A stretch of 64,000 nt of DNA from an uncultured Chthonomonadaceae bacterium (GTDB taxonomy: Bacteria > Armatimonadota > Chthonomonadetes > Chthonomonadales > Chthonomonadaceae), in NCBI GenBank assembly GCA_963817895.1, contig CAWFQB010000004.1, positions 704,001 to 768,000 on the forward strand. Reading direction: 5' to 3'. Below, piece after piece: positions 34,002-43,934 of this stretch. The notes below the pieces were generated by a model. That model was not told where the DNA came from. It did not search any database and saw nothing but the letters and a program-made list of their open reading frames with translations. Each line of letters starts with the position of its first letter. Position 1 is the first letter of the stretch. The position numbers and the translations under genes were made by a program.

Positions 34002-35426
34002 ATGAGTCACTATTTACGACAACCCCTGACACGACGCGAAATGCTGACGCAGTGCGGCACGGGCTTTGGCATGACGGCTCTGCTCGGCCTGATGGCCGAA
34101 CAATCGCAGGCCGCAAACGCCATTTCGGGCAAGTCGCTCAATCCCATGTTTCCCCATGCCCCGATGTTCGCGCCGAAAGCCAAACGAGTCATTTATCTGT
34201 TCATGCACGGCGGACCCTCACAGGTGGATACGTTCGACCCCAAACCCCTTCTGACGCGGGATAGCGGCAAACCGTTTCCCGGCGAAAAGCCGCGCGTTCA
34301 GTTCGCGCAAACGGGCAACCTGCTCGGCTCACCGTGGGAATTCAAGAAGTACGGCAAGTCCGGCATTGAAGTGTCCGATCTGTTTCCCAATGTGGCGCAG
34401 CATGTAGATGACCTGTGCGTCGTCCGGTCGCTGTATGGCAGCAATCCGGCGCATGGCGGCGCGCTGCTGGCGATGCACACCGGTTCCGATACCTTCATTC
34501 GCCCCAGCATGGGTTCGTGGATTACCTACGGATTGGGCAGCGAAAACCAGAATTTGCCCGGCTTCATCACCATCTGCCCCACGCTCGGACACGGCGGCGT
34601 ACAGAACTGGTCGAGCGCGTTTCTGCCCGCCGCGTTTCAGGGTACGCCCATCGGCAACGCCAGTATTCCCGCCAAATCCGCCGCCATCAACTACATCCGC
34701 AACAACGAACTGACCGGTGACTTGCAGCGGATGCAGCTGGATATGCTCAAGGATATGAACGAGGATCAACTGAAGCACTTTGGCAGCGACCCGCAGTTGG
34801 AAGGCCGTATTCAGTCGTTTGAACTCGCCTTCCGTATGCAGACCGAAGCGCCGGAACTAATGGACATCTCCCACGAGTCGCAGTCCACGCTGGATATGTA
34901 CGGCATCAACCAGAACCCGACGGATAACTTCGGGCGGCAATGCCTGCTGGCGCGGCGGTTCTGCGAAAAGGGCGTCCGGTTCGTGCAATGCACCCACAGC
35001 TACAAATGGGATCAACACGGCGATCTGAAGAACGGCCATACCAAGAACGCGCTGGAAGTGGACAAGCCCATTGCCGCGCTGCTGCACGATCTGAAACAGC
35101 GCGGATTGCTGGAAGATACCCTGGTATTGTGGGGTGGGGAGTTCGGACGAACCCCGACCGCGCAGGGCAATGATGGGCGCGACCACAACCCGCACGGCTT
35201 CTGCTGCTGGATGGCGGGCGGCGGCGTGAAACCCGGCTTCGTGTATGGCGCGACCGACGATTACGGTTATTACGCCGTCGAAGACAAAATGCACATTCAC
35301 GACCTTCACGCCACGATGCTGCACCTGCTCGGTATTGACCACAAAAAATTGACGTACCGTTACGGAGGCCGCGACTACCGCCTGACCGACGTAGCCGGAG
35401 AAGTGGCAACCAAAATCATCGCTTAA
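34002..35426 (+). CDS. DUF1501 family protein (Tat signal)
   Basis: TRREML, KAKRVIYLFMHGGPSQVDTFDPKP, WGGEFGRTP, GRDHNP. Confidence 0.93.
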   Translation: MSHYLRQPLTRREMLTQCGTGFGMTALLGLMAEQSQAANAISGKSLNPMFPHAPMFAPKAKRVIYLFMHGGPSQVDTFDPKPLLTRDSGKPFPGEKPRVQFAQTGNLLGSPWEFKKYGKSGIEVSDLFPNVAQHVDDLCVVRSLYGSNPAHGGALLAMHTGSDTFIRPSMGSWITYGLGSENQNLPGFITICPTLGHGGVQNWSSAFLPAAFQGTPIGNASIPAKSAAINYIRNNELTGDLQRMQLDMLKDMNEDQLKHFGSDPQLEGRIQSFELAFRMQTEAPELMDISHESQSTLDMYGINQNPTDNFGRQCLLARRFCEKGVRFVQCTHSYKWDQHGDLKNGHTKNALEVDKPIAALLHDLKQRGLLEDTLVLWGGEFGRTPTAQGNDGRDHNPHGFCCWMAGGGVKPGFVYGATDDYGYYAVEDKMHIHDLHATMLHLLGIDHKKLTYRYGGRDYRLTDVAGEVATKIIA

Positions 35427-35556
35427 TCAAGGCTGCTATACGCTTCTGAATACTGCTTTCCACTGTTTTACAATGTCTTCGCGCCTTGACATTCCGCAAA
35501 CCGCCGGAAGTTGATAAGCGTGAAGACACAGGTTGTTTATAAAGTATTCGAGAAAC

Positions 35557-35874
35557 ATGAACGATAAAACCATCAAATTACTGCTTGCCGGAATTGTGTT
35601 GCTGCTATGTGGGATTGCGTGGCAGGTCGGTTTTGGGGCGCGGCCAGCACACGCGCAATCGGCGAATACTGGCGGGGTTCAGCCTGTCATGTCTACGGAC
35701 AAGCAATTTCTCTATATTCTGCGCGGCAATCAGTTATCTGTATACTTTATGGACAATGATATGATTGCGAAAGACCCTTCAAGCGTACTAACAGCTTTGA
35801 GTGGAGCGGGCAGGGAAAAATTGCTAAAAAGCTATAAACTTCGCAAACTTCTGACAACTGACGTGAGCCACTAA
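35557..35874 (+). CDS. Hypothetical secreted protein
   Basis: Hydrophobic N-terminus ending AHA-Q. Confidence 0.6.
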   Translation: MNDKTIKLLLAGIVLLLCGIAWQVGFGARPAHAQSANTGGVQPVMSTDKQFLYILRGNQLSVYFMDNDMIAKDPSSVLTALSGAGREKLLKSYKLRKLLTTDVSH

Positions 35875-36069
35875 ACCTCCCGCGAATATAACTGTCGCCT
35901 CGTATTTCAAGCGTATATGCCCAATAGCTTGAAGCGCGAGGCTATTTTTACAATCATCAAAATTTACAAGAATGGCTTTCCTCCTCTGTCGCGTTGAGGG
36001 TAGTGAAACAGCATAACCGTGAAATGCTGTTCTCACTTCTTAAAAGATGCTGATAGGAGGTAACATTCA

Positions 36070-37341
36070 ATGTCAACTATGGTGAAGGAAGCGCGTTACA
36101 TTCTGACGAGTCTGGAAAACAACAACAACAAGTTCTGGAACATCCGCCTGTTCGACGACCAAAGCTGTGAAACACAGTGGGGGCGCGTGGGCGAAAACGG
36201 GCAGAGCAAATCGTTCGCGGGCGCGAGCGAAACGCTGTTCAACAGCAAGTGCCGCGAAAAAGAGGGCAAGGGCTACAAACCCTCCAAAACGCTGGGCAAC
36301 GGCGCGTCGTCCAAGTCTATGGAAAACGACAAACTGGCCGATGCCGCCAAAGACCAGATTGTCACCAATTCGCCCGAAACGCTCGCGCTTGTCACGTACC
36401 TTGCCAAAACCAACGTTCACAGCATTTTGCAGGCCACGACCATGCAGTACGACACCACGCGGGGAACCTTCTCCACGCCGCTCGGCATCGTGACGGCGGA
36501 CGCGATTACCGAAGCGCGCGGCTTGCTGACCGACATCGGCAACTATGTGTACGCGCAGGATTACGGCAATACGTGCTTTGTGAAATCGCTCAACGATTAC
36601 CTGATGCTCGTGCCGCAGAACATCGGCAGGGGACGCCCCGACCCGAAAGTTCTCTATCCCAATCTGGAAGCGGTACAGGCGCAAAACAACATTCTGGACA
36701 GTCTGGAAGCCAGTCTGCAAACCATCCTGTCCGCGCCGCAGAACGAGGAACAGGCCCCATTGCCCAAAATGTTCGAGGCGACCCTGAACCTTGTCAACGC
36801 GGCAAAAGAGATCGAGCGCATCCGGGCGAAATACAAGGCGACCCTGCAATCCATGCACGCCTGCGCCCATCTGGATGTGAAGCGCGTGTTTTCGGTTGAG
36901 ATTGCCGCCATGCAGCGGGCATTCGTGGAGGGCAGCAAAGTGGGGAATGTGCAGGAACTCTGGCACGGCACGAAAGCCTCCAACCTGCTGTCCATTCTGA
37001 AAACCGGCTTTTACATTCCGCCCGGCAACGCGCCCTTTGTGACCGGCCGGATGTTCGGCCCAGGCTGCTATTTCAGCGACCAGTCCACCAAGTCCTTAAA
37101 TTACGCCTACGGCTACTGGGACGGCAAGCGGCAGGACAACTGTTATATGTTCCTGTGCGATGTGGCAATGGGCGTCTCCTACACGCCGCCCGGTCCCTCG
37201 CAAAGCCTGCCCAAACCCGGAAGCGACAGCACCTTTGCTATCGGCGGCAAGTCCGGCGTCGCCAACAACGAGATGATCGTGTACAACACCAACCAGATCA
37301 ATCCGACATTTTTGATTGAGTTCTCTCCGGCAGGAAAGTAG
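36070..37341 (+). CDS. WGR-domain poly(ADP-ribose) polymerase (WGR + helical regulatory + PARP catalytic)
   Basis: NNNKFW...QWGRVG (WGR); PLG and LNDYLMLVPQ (helical domain); LWHGT, GRMFGPGCYFSD, KSLNY, NNEMIVY (H-Y-E triad); AGGAGG RBS. Confidence 0.92.
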   Translation: MSTMVKEARYILTSLENNNNKFWNIRLFDDQSCETQWGRVGENGQSKSFAGASETLFNSKCREKEGKGYKPSKTLGNGASSKSMENDKLADAAKDQIVTNSPETLALVTYLAKTNVHSILQATTMQYDTTRGTFSTPLGIVTADAITEARGLLTDIGNYVYAQDYGNTCFVKSLNDYLMLVPQNIGRGRPDPKVLYPNLEAVQAQNNILDSLEASLQTILSAPQNEEQAPLPKMFEATLNLVNAAKEIERIRAKYKATLQSMHACAHLDVKRVFSVEIAAMQRAFVEGSKVGNVQELWHGTKASNLLSILKTGFYIPPGNAPFVTGRMFGPGCYFSDQSTKSLNYAYGYWDGKRQDNCYMFLCDVAMGVSYTPPGPSQSLPKPGSDSTFAIGGKSGVANNEMIVYNTNQINPTFLIEFSPAGK

Positions 37342-37406
37342 ACATCAGCCGGGGAATCTACTTGTAGTTCAACGTAATGCAATCCGCCTGAGTAAGGAGG
37401 CTTCCT

Positions 37407-38462
37407 ATGCGAAATGTCTGTAAGATAACGAGAAGACGGTTGGCAGTCATAGTAACGGGAGTGTTTCTGCTCGGTACGGGACACGCAGTTACCGCTGTGC
37501 AGGCACAGGACGAACCGGTGTTTACTCTGCGGGGGCATACCAACGCGGTTACGGCTGCCATGTATTCCCCGGATAACCAGCACATTCTCACCGGCAGTGG
37601 GGATGGTTCCTGCAAAATCTGGAATGCGCAAACCGGACGCGAGACAGAGACGTTTCGCGCCGATGAAGGCGGTGTTCTATGTGCAGTCTACTCTCCGGAT
37701 GGTAAGCATATTGCCACCGGAGGCGGCAGTCACACGGTGCGGATATGGGATGCTCACACCAAGAAGCGACTGCTCACCTTCACGGAACATATCGCGCAAG
37801 TCAATGTGGTGGCGTTCTCGCCGGATGGCAAGCGCATTGCCAGCGGCGCGGGGGGCGAACGGGTAGGAGAGGATGAACGGACGCTGATATGGGATGCCGA
37901 CACCGGCAAACTCCAACTCACCATTCAGGTAGGGGGATTTGGACTGCGCTCCCTCTCCTTCTCTCCCGATGGCAAGCGTCTGGCGATTTCGACGGAAGGA
38001 ATTCAGCCTCCTCATATCTGGGATGCCTACACGGGGCGCAAACTGGTGACGCTCAAGACTGCCAAGGATGATGGCATCCTGTGGATTACGTTCTCTCCCG
38101 ATGGTCGACAAGTGGCGACGGGCAATTGGAATGACACCGCCAACATCTGGAATGCGGTCACAGGTGAGAGGATACGCAACATGAAGGGACATACTGACTG
38201 GGTGATGGATGTGGCGTACTCCCCTGATGGGAAGCGCCTGGTGAGCGGCAGCATGACCCATGATAAAACCGCGCGCATATGGGACGTGGCAACCGGGCGG
38301 GAACTCCAGGTGTTGGTCGGGCATCAGAGTCATGCAGGATCTGTAGCTTTCTCTCCCGATGGCAAGCGCATCATTACAGGCAGCGGGCGAGCAGACAAGA
38401 CTGCGAAAGTGTGGGTAGTGCGCAATGCGCAACAAACTTCCGTGATTGCGCGACGGCCCTGA
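37407..38462 (+). CDS. Secreted WD40-repeat beta-propeller protein
   Basis: Signal peptide and about 7 GH...SPDG...WD repeats. Confidence 0.92.
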   Translation: MRNVCKITRRRLAVIVTGVFLLGTGHAVTAVQAQDEPVFTLRGHTNAVTAAMYSPDNQHILTGSGDGSCKIWNAQTGRETETFRADEGGVLCAVYSPDGKHIATGGGSHTVRIWDAHTKKRLLTFTEHIAQVNVVAFSPDGKRIASGAGGERVGEDERTLIWDADTGKLQLTIQVGGFGLRSLSFSPDGKRLAISTEGIQPPHIWDAYTGRKLVTLKTAKDDGILWITFSPDGRQVATGNWNDTANIWNAVTGERIRNMKGHTDWVMDVAYSPDGKRLVSGSMTHDKTARIWDVATGRELQVLVGHQSHAGSVAFSPDGKRIITGSGRADKTAKVWVVRNAQQTSVIARRP

Positions 38463-38483
38463 TGAACAAAAGCGCCTGCTTGA

Positions 38484-39611
38484 ATGACGCAAACCTTCAA
38501 CAGCGTCAACCAGAACACATTCGGCGGAACCGTTACATTCGACGCCAATGGCAACCCGCAATCGTGGAACGGCGCAGCCCTGACGTATGACGCCAACAAC
38601 AAACTCGTCAGCATTAGCACAGCGTTGACCGCAGGCTTTGGGCGCGACGGTTTGCGAGCATGGAAGCAGAACAGCGCAGGCACACGCGCGTACTTCCTCT
38701 ACGATGGGCTGGTTCCGGTTTGTGAACTCGACGGCAGCGGCAACGTCACCGCCGTCAACACAGTTGGTCCAACGGGAGTGCTGGCTCGGCATACAAATTG
38801 GGTTGGCGGCGGCAGCGTGTTCTACGCCTTTGACCCACAGGGCAGTGTTGCCGTTCGTCTGGATACGAGCGGAAACGTTCTCAGCAGCCATGTCAACGAG
38901 GCATGGGGTACACAGGTCAGCAGCGGAAGTGGGTACACGAGTGATCCTTATGCGGGCTATGGTGGGCAGTGGGGCTACTACCGGGATGTGGAAACCGGAC
39001 TGCATTTGCTCGGACACCGCTACTATGACGTGGCACAGGGAAGGTTTATCAACCGCGATCCTATCGGGTACAGAGGCGGCATTAACCTTTACGCTTACTG
39101 CGACAACAACCCGGTAGATGGGGCCGATCCAAGCGGGTTTTTGGCACCATCAGTGCCGATGCTGTGCCGGTTAGTCGTGTCTGGCGTGGCCGGAGCAGGC
39201 GAAGTGGGTGGGGCGGCAATTATTGGGCCAGGAATGGCTGCTGGCACAGCCGGTTGGTATATCGGTTCTCCCATAGGCAATTGGATTGCCAATAAGTGGT
39301 TTGGGCCGGAAGTGGACACGCCCGAGGCAGAAGAAGCCGATCAACCGACCTTCCCCAGCTATGGGAGCAAGCCCAAGCAGTATAGCCCGGACTGCATTAC
39401 GAATGGTTCTACACAAGATAATCCAACTTCGACGGCTTACAAAAATCTTCATCCAAGATGGAACCAAGACATTGAAAAAACGTGTGATGACCTCCGAGAG
39501 ATGAAAAAGGCTGCCAAGACCCCGGCGGAAAAGAACGAGATTAAGCAAGCGATGAAATTTATGGGCTGTGATGGTAAGGATAGAGGAGCAGGCGATGTCA
39601 GGCCCAAATAA
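38484..39611 (+). CDS. Orphan RHS-core protein with C-terminal putative toxin
   Basis: YD-like repeats; ETGLHLLGHRYYD...GRFINRDPIGYRGGINLYAYCDNNPVDGADPSG core, then about 155 aa of variable C-terminus; starts mid-repeat. Confidence 0.88.
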   Translation: MTQTFNSVNQNTFGGTVTFDANGNPQSWNGAALTYDANNKLVSISTALTAGFGRDGLRAWKQNSAGTRAYFLYDGLVPVCELDGSGNVTAVNTVGPTGVLARHTNWVGGGSVFYAFDPQGSVAVRLDTSGNVLSSHVNEAWGTQVSSGSGYTSDPYAGYGGQWGYYRDVETGLHLLGHRYYDVAQGRFINRDPIGYRGGINLYAYCDNNPVDGADPSGFLAPSVPMLCRLVVSGVAGAGEVGGAAIIGPGMAAGTAGWYIGSPIGNWIANKWFGPEVDTPEAEEADQPTFPSYGSKPKQYSPDCITNGSTQDNPTSTAYKNLHPRWNQDIEKTCDDLREMKKAAKTPAEKNEIKQAMKFMGCDGKDRGAGDVRPK

Positions 39612-39987
39612 TGAGGACATATACTACTGGTATGCAGCACACGTATTGCTGTACGTCGAATTTTTGGATAACATCCAAGACTACTATCTCGTGTGGGAAA
39701 ACATATGTTTGATTAAGGCAAGTTCAGTTGCCCAAGCCTACGAAAAAGCGGATAAATTAGGACTGGAACAAGAAGAATTTGACAAAGATAGCGGACATAC
39801 ATTAAATGGGCGACCTGTACGCTTTCATTTTGCAGGTATACGTAGGCTGGCTGAGTGTATAGATTTTGACGACGGCCCTGAAGACGGCAAAGAAGTTACT
39901 TATCTGGAATATTCCTTCAAAGACAAAGCGACCCTAGATGCGCTATTGGAACGGCGAGAAGCAGTTGTTGTTATGGAGGCAAAGTGA
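39595..39987 (+). CDS. DUF4288-like protein, probable RHS immunity
   Basis: Overlaps the toxin 3' end; acidic; WYAA...WENICLIKA...F.GIRRL...DGKEV pattern. Confidence 0.7.
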   Translation: MSGPNNEDIYYWYAAHVLLYVEFLDNIQDYYLVWENICLIKASSVAQAYEKADKLGLEQEEFDKDSGHTLNGRPVRFHFAGIRRLAECIDFDDGPEDGKEVTYLEYSFKDKATLDALLERREAVVVMEAK

Positions 39988-39993
39988 CCTGAG

Positions 39994-40222
39994 CCATACT
40001 ATGCTTACGATGGCAGAGGCTTGCCGTCGAGCGTGAGCAATCCTTCTGGCGAGACGTTCGGGTGGACGTATCTGGACAACGGCTGGCTATGGCAGCAGCA
40101 ATCCGGCAACGCAGAAACAGCCATATACACCTACAACGCGCTCGGACAGGTGACGGAACTTGCCCACCGGAAGAGCAGCAACAACGCCCTGCTTGCCGAC
40201 TTCGCCAACCTCAGCCATGACG
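39994..40222 (+). pseudogene. Second RHS-repeat fragment
   Basis: Reads YYAYDGRGLPSSVSNPSGETFGWTYLDNGWL...YTYNALGQVT with no core domain. Confidence 0.7.
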
Positions 40223-40241
40223 TCATTACCTTCAGCGCAAA

Positions 40242-41924
40242 TCAGTGCGGGTTCATAGTCATGCTGTACAACGTATCATCTTTGCTGAACAATGCCTGAG
40301 TGCCGTGCTTGAACAGTTTTGCGCCCTGTAGCGCGGCGTCGGTGAGGAGGTTCAGGCCAGTCGCGTGAAGGCGGTTCGAGAAAATTTCCAGTTCCTCGTT
40401 TTCGTTCAAGTGCAGGCAGATGCCGTTGTCCAGCGTGACGAAGTTCAATCCCGTGTATACAATGTCATCCATAATCCGCAGATCGTAAGCCGCATACGTG
40501 GCGTCGAAGCGCAGGATAAACTTGCTGTACGCGCCCCGTTTTTCTCCCACAAGCATTAACACGTTGTTGTCGAACTTGCCGTCCACGATCCGGAAGCCGT
40601 CCAGTTCCTTGATGCGAACCGAATGGCAAATTCCGGCGCGGGGAAACAGCGAAACATAAGTCGCGCCGAGCAGGTTTTGCGCCGCAACGCCCTCGAATAC
40701 CTGCGTCGCGTTGGGCAGAACGTTGGCGACTATTTTCAGGGCGGGCTGCGGGGCGGCAGGCAGTTCCAGAAACTCTACCTCGTATAATCCCATGCCGTTC
40801 TTGATGTACAGCCGATCTCCATACGTCGTAATGGCTTCCGCCGCCAGCGTGTTGAGAAGCGGTTTGTTCTGCATCACGTCGAAAAAGGACACGTTGCCAT
40901 CTTTCAAACTGACGGCAAGCAGCGTGTTCATGCGTGGCGTGAAGACGATACGCGCGTTGCTGTCGGGAACCAGAATTTTGCCGCGCAACGTTACGCCCTC
41001 CGCTGTCACCCCGCACAAACACCCTGCCTGCGGAACAGGCAGAACGAGCGAAGCCGGAAACGTTCCCAAAGCCCGAATTTGCAGTTTGTCGCTGCCCGTT
41101 ACGCGCTGAACGGTTGGCGTCAAAATCAGGGGCGCGTTCAGGTCGAACGGCGGGGCGCAGCGTTTGCCCTGCTCGAACACGGCCCTGTACCAGAACAGAT
41201 ACGCCTGCGGTATCGCGTCAAAAGCGTAGCACACTTTCGGCACGGACACAGCCGGATTCAACGCGCTGATATTCTGCATCATCCGCGCGTCCATATCGGC
41301 CAGCGTTGGATGCTTGCCCTTGTACGGATGGATTCCAATGAACATCTGGAAACTGACGATGCCAAACGAGAACCAATCGGTATCGGGCGTAAACTGATTG
41401 TTGTGGCAATGGCGGTCTCGAACGCTGTCCATCAAGGCAGTGGCTTTGAAACTCGGCGTCTGGTAACTGTCCACGTCAATAAACAAGACTTCGGCCAGTT
41501 TCGTGTCCAGCAGAAAATTCATCTCGTTCAGGTCTACAATCAACATGCCCTTGTCATGCACATGTTGTACGCCCGCTTGAAGTTTGCGCACGAGCGCGAG
41601 CATCGTGTCCGGCGATACGTTATTGCGATCCCGAAAGGCGCGGGTAAACGCCTGGCACAGCGAAACCGGGTCTTTCACGCGGGGCATGGTGTAGCCGATA
41701 GGCGTATTGCCCCTGTCCAGCAGCACGTCGCAGGGGCGTATAATCGTCGGCAGCGACAGCGCGGACAACTCCTGTATTTTGGCGACGGGAATCATTTTGC
41801 CCGCATCGGCATAGATTTTATACGCGGTATCCCCCTTCGCGTACACGGCCCCCTCGCCGCCCTGCGCCACAAAATCCCCCTGCCCAAGCCCGATTTTGCC
41901 TTTGCCCTTGATAAAAACATCCAT
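40242..41924 (-). CDS. Protein kinase-like protein (TerY-P-type) with beta-rich C-terminal region
   Basis: QGGEGAVY Gly loop, AYKIY, IVDLNEMN, FIDVDS, DWFSF...HPYKG; GGAGG RBS before ATG 41924. Confidence 0.88.
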   Translation of the reverse strand: MDVFIKGKGKIGLGQGDFVAQGGEGAVYAKGDTAYKIYADAGKMIPVAKIQELSALSLPTIIRPCDVLLDRGNTPIGYTMPRVKDPVSLCQAFTRAFRDRNNVSPDTMLALVRKLQAGVQHVHDKGMLIVDLNEMNFLLDTKLAEVLFIDVDSYQTPSFKATALMDSVRDRHCHNNQFTPDTDWFSFGIVSFQMFIGIHPYKGKHPTLADMDARMMQNISALNPAVSVPKVCYAFDAIPQAYLFWYRAVFEQGKRCAPPFDLNAPLILTPTVQRVTGSDKLQIRALGTFPASLVLPVPQAGCLCGVTAEGVTLRGKILVPDSNARIVFTPRMNTLLAVSLKDGNVSFFDVMQNKPLLNTLAAEAITTYGDRLYIKNGMGLYEVEFLELPAAPQPALKIVANVLPNATQVFEGVAAQNLLGATYVSLFPRAGICHSVRIKELDGFRIVDGKFDNNVLMLVGEKRGAYSKFILRFDATYAAYDLRIMDDIVYTGLNFVTLDNGICLHLNENEELEIFSNRLHATGLNLLTDAALQGAKLFKHGTQALFSKDDTLYSMTMNPH

Positions 41925-41937
41925 AGTTGCCTCCGGC

Positions 41938-42040
41938 AAAGGATGAAGGATGAAGGATGAAAAGCAACCCTGTTTATCCTCTTTGCTATCTCGGCAAACT
42001 TAGGAATGAACAGGCATTGACTTCATCCTTCATCCTTAAT
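41938..42040. repeat. GGATGAA heptamer palindrome
   Basis: (AGGATGA)n ... (TTCATCC)n across the PP2C-kinase junction. Confidence 0.75.
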
Positions 42041-42930
42041 CCATGCATAATTACTCCCATCGCAACATCGTCATGGTGCTGCCAGCCGCGTGACGCGCAC
42101 TGCTGCTGAAACTTTTGCATCCGGCGCTGCGCGAATTGTCCGCCACTCGTTTTGAAGTTCAGCAGTTCCGGCAGGACGGTTTCAAGCGGCAGAGCGGTAT
42201 TGGCGCGTCCTGCGCCCGGTTCCGTCGTGTAGAAGGAGTGAACGCCGTCGGACAGGATTGCCACCCACCAGTAATCCGCAATACTGCCGGTCACAAACGA
42301 GCAGGGATCGTCTGCCGCGCAAATTTCGCTGTGTTTTGCTGTTACCAAACCCCACGAATTTATACAAAATGTCTCAATCTGTCGCGTACTCTCTGCCTGC
42401 TGTAAGAGAACCTGCCGCCGCGCGTCATCGGCAAGATAGTTGGGGTAAAAGGGATAGCCGCCGGGATAGGATACAACGGTCACTTCCATCTCTCCCGCCC
42501 GATTTTGCGCTGCCACAACGCCATCCCCGAACACGGACGCCAGCCATTGTAATTCGCCTGCAATCAGCGTCAGCAGGGTTGCATCACAGGCCGTATCGGA
42601 CAATTGCAGCGATGCGGCGTAACTTCTGGCGGCGCATATCGCTTGTTGATGGTAGTAAAGCAGGTTGCCCTCAACCCCCGGCCCCTTCTCCCAAAAAAGC
42701 CTGGGAGAAGGGGAGTTCTGAGTGGAAGTTGCGCCTTCCGATTGTGAACTGTTGGCAATGTGTGCTAGCGCGGAACGCGCTAGCAGGCGCGCTCCAATAT
42801 CCGTATTCGGCGAACCGGAACAGCCATCTGCCAGCACGACGCAGGGAAACTCTCCTGTCGCCACCGCCGCATAATCCTGACAGACCAGATGCGTCTTGCC
42901 CATCCGAAACGCGCAATCTACGTGTACCAT
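41986..42930 (-). CDS. PP2C-like protein phosphatase
   Basis: GKTHLVCQDY, LADGCSGS, ILSDGV, HDD; GGAGG RBS before ATG 42930. The ORF track fuses it to the vWA gene through frameshifts. Confidence 0.88.
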   Translation of the reverse strand: MVHVDCAFRMGKTHLVCQDYAAVATGEFPCVVLADGCSGSPNTDIGARLLARSALAHIANSSQSEGATSTQNSPSPRLFWEKGPGVEGNLLYYHQQAICAARSYAASLQLSDTACDATLLTLIAGELQWLASVFGDGVVAAQNRAGEMEVTVVSYPGGYPFYPNYLADDARRQVLLQQAESTRQIETFCINSWGLVTAKHSEICAADDPCSFVTGSIADYWWVAILSDGVHSFYTTEPGAGRANTALPLETVLPELLNFKTSGGQFAQRRMQKFQQQCASRGWQHHDDVAMGVIMHGLRMKDEVNACSFLSLPR

Positions 42931-42943
42931 TACCACACCTCCA

Positions 42944-43078
42944 AAAACGACTAAACCACGGGGGACACGGGGAACACGGGAGAGGAGAAAAGGGAGGAAA
43001 ATATCCGAACACATCATTGTTTGTCTCTTCCCTATCCTGCCCCCGTGTTCCCCGTGTCCCCCGTGGTTTAGTCGTTTT
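42944..43078. repeat. 37-bp perfect inverted repeat between the vWA and PP2C genes
   Basis: AAAACGACTAAACCACGGGGGACACGGGGAACACGGG at 42944-42980 and its reverse complement at 43042-43078. Confidence 0.9.
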
Positions 43079-43079
43079 G

Positions 43080-43824
43080 TCAGAACGTCAGGATTTTCGA
43101 GGAGCCGCCGCTGCCCAGCGCCTTGCTTTGCGCGGAGATGCTGCGCGAAACGAAGTCCGCGAGTTTCGCGAGGGCTTTCGCGTCGGCCTTGTCCAGTTCG
43201 ACGTACTGCGTGAACCGGCCTCGTTCTTGAAGTCCTGCAGGTACGCGCCGATGTTCGGGTCCTGCACGTTGACGCCGATGAGAATGGAAATCGAGCGATT
43301 CCAGCGCTTCGGTTTGAACCGCGCCTGTCAGGGCGTCGCGCACATTGCGAACGGTCAGCTTGGAAGCGTTGTCTTCGCCATCCGTGATGACGAACACGAT
43401 GCCGTTGGTGGCGAAATCCGCCGTCCGTCAGTTGCTTGCCATAGGTGGACACAGCGGAAATGGCGTTTTCCGCCGCGTCGTACAGCGCCGTGCCGCCATA
43501 CGTTTTGATGATCTTCTTGTAGTCGCTCAGATTGCACTGTTCCAGCAGTTTGAAGCCGTGCGCTTCGGTCATGCCCGTCGCAAACGTGACAAGGCGGATC
43601 ATCAGGTTGTCGGCGCGGGGCGAAAACTTACACGCTTTGACGATCTCCACAAGGCAGTTTTCCATCTCTTTGACAAACCCGCTCACGCTTGGCGAAGCGT
43701 CGCAGACAATGGTGACAAGCGTGTATTCGGTTGCGCCCAGATCGTCCAGGCGGGTGGCGGAAAAGCCGTATTGCCCGGAAGGCAGCGCGTGTTGCTGCAA
43801 AGTGGCGTCGTTGAAAATAGGCAT
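43080..43824 (-). CDS. TerY-like vWA domain protein (frameshifted)
   Basis: MIDAS DASPS, GGTALYDA and FVITDGEDNAS spread over shifted frames; ends SGGSSKILTF. Confidence 0.85.
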
Positions 43825-43841
43825 TGGTTTGCTCCTATATA

Positions 43842-43934
43842 GGTGTTCGGGGTTCGGTGTTCGGATAGTAGCCTGCTCACGTTAAAGCTTGCGTGGAACT
43901 CTTGCATTGTTCCGAACACCGAACACCGAACACC
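43842..43934. repeat. CCGAACA heptamer palindrome
   Basis: GGTGTTCGG... and (CCGAACA)3 arms between the nicotinamidase and vWA genes; the same heptamer occurs x4 at 45041-45073. Confidence 0.75.

Noticed and set aside
36007..36032. Inverted repeat AACAGCAT/ATGCTGTT and LexA-like GAAA-N4-GTTC upstream of PARP
   Set aside because: Short and mismatched to the GAAC-N4-GTTC consensus, the LexA motif of this lineage is unknown to me, and no SARP-type repeat was found here either.
37407..38462. WD40 protein as part of the PARP system
   Set aside because: It has a signal peptide, so it is probably exported, and it adjoins the RHS debris; no evidence beyond adjacency.
41986..43824. 612-aa vWA-PP2C fusion from the ORF track
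   Set aside because: Read-through arises from frameshifts. The linker is a translated inverted repeat, and PP2C has its own RBS and ATG at 42930.
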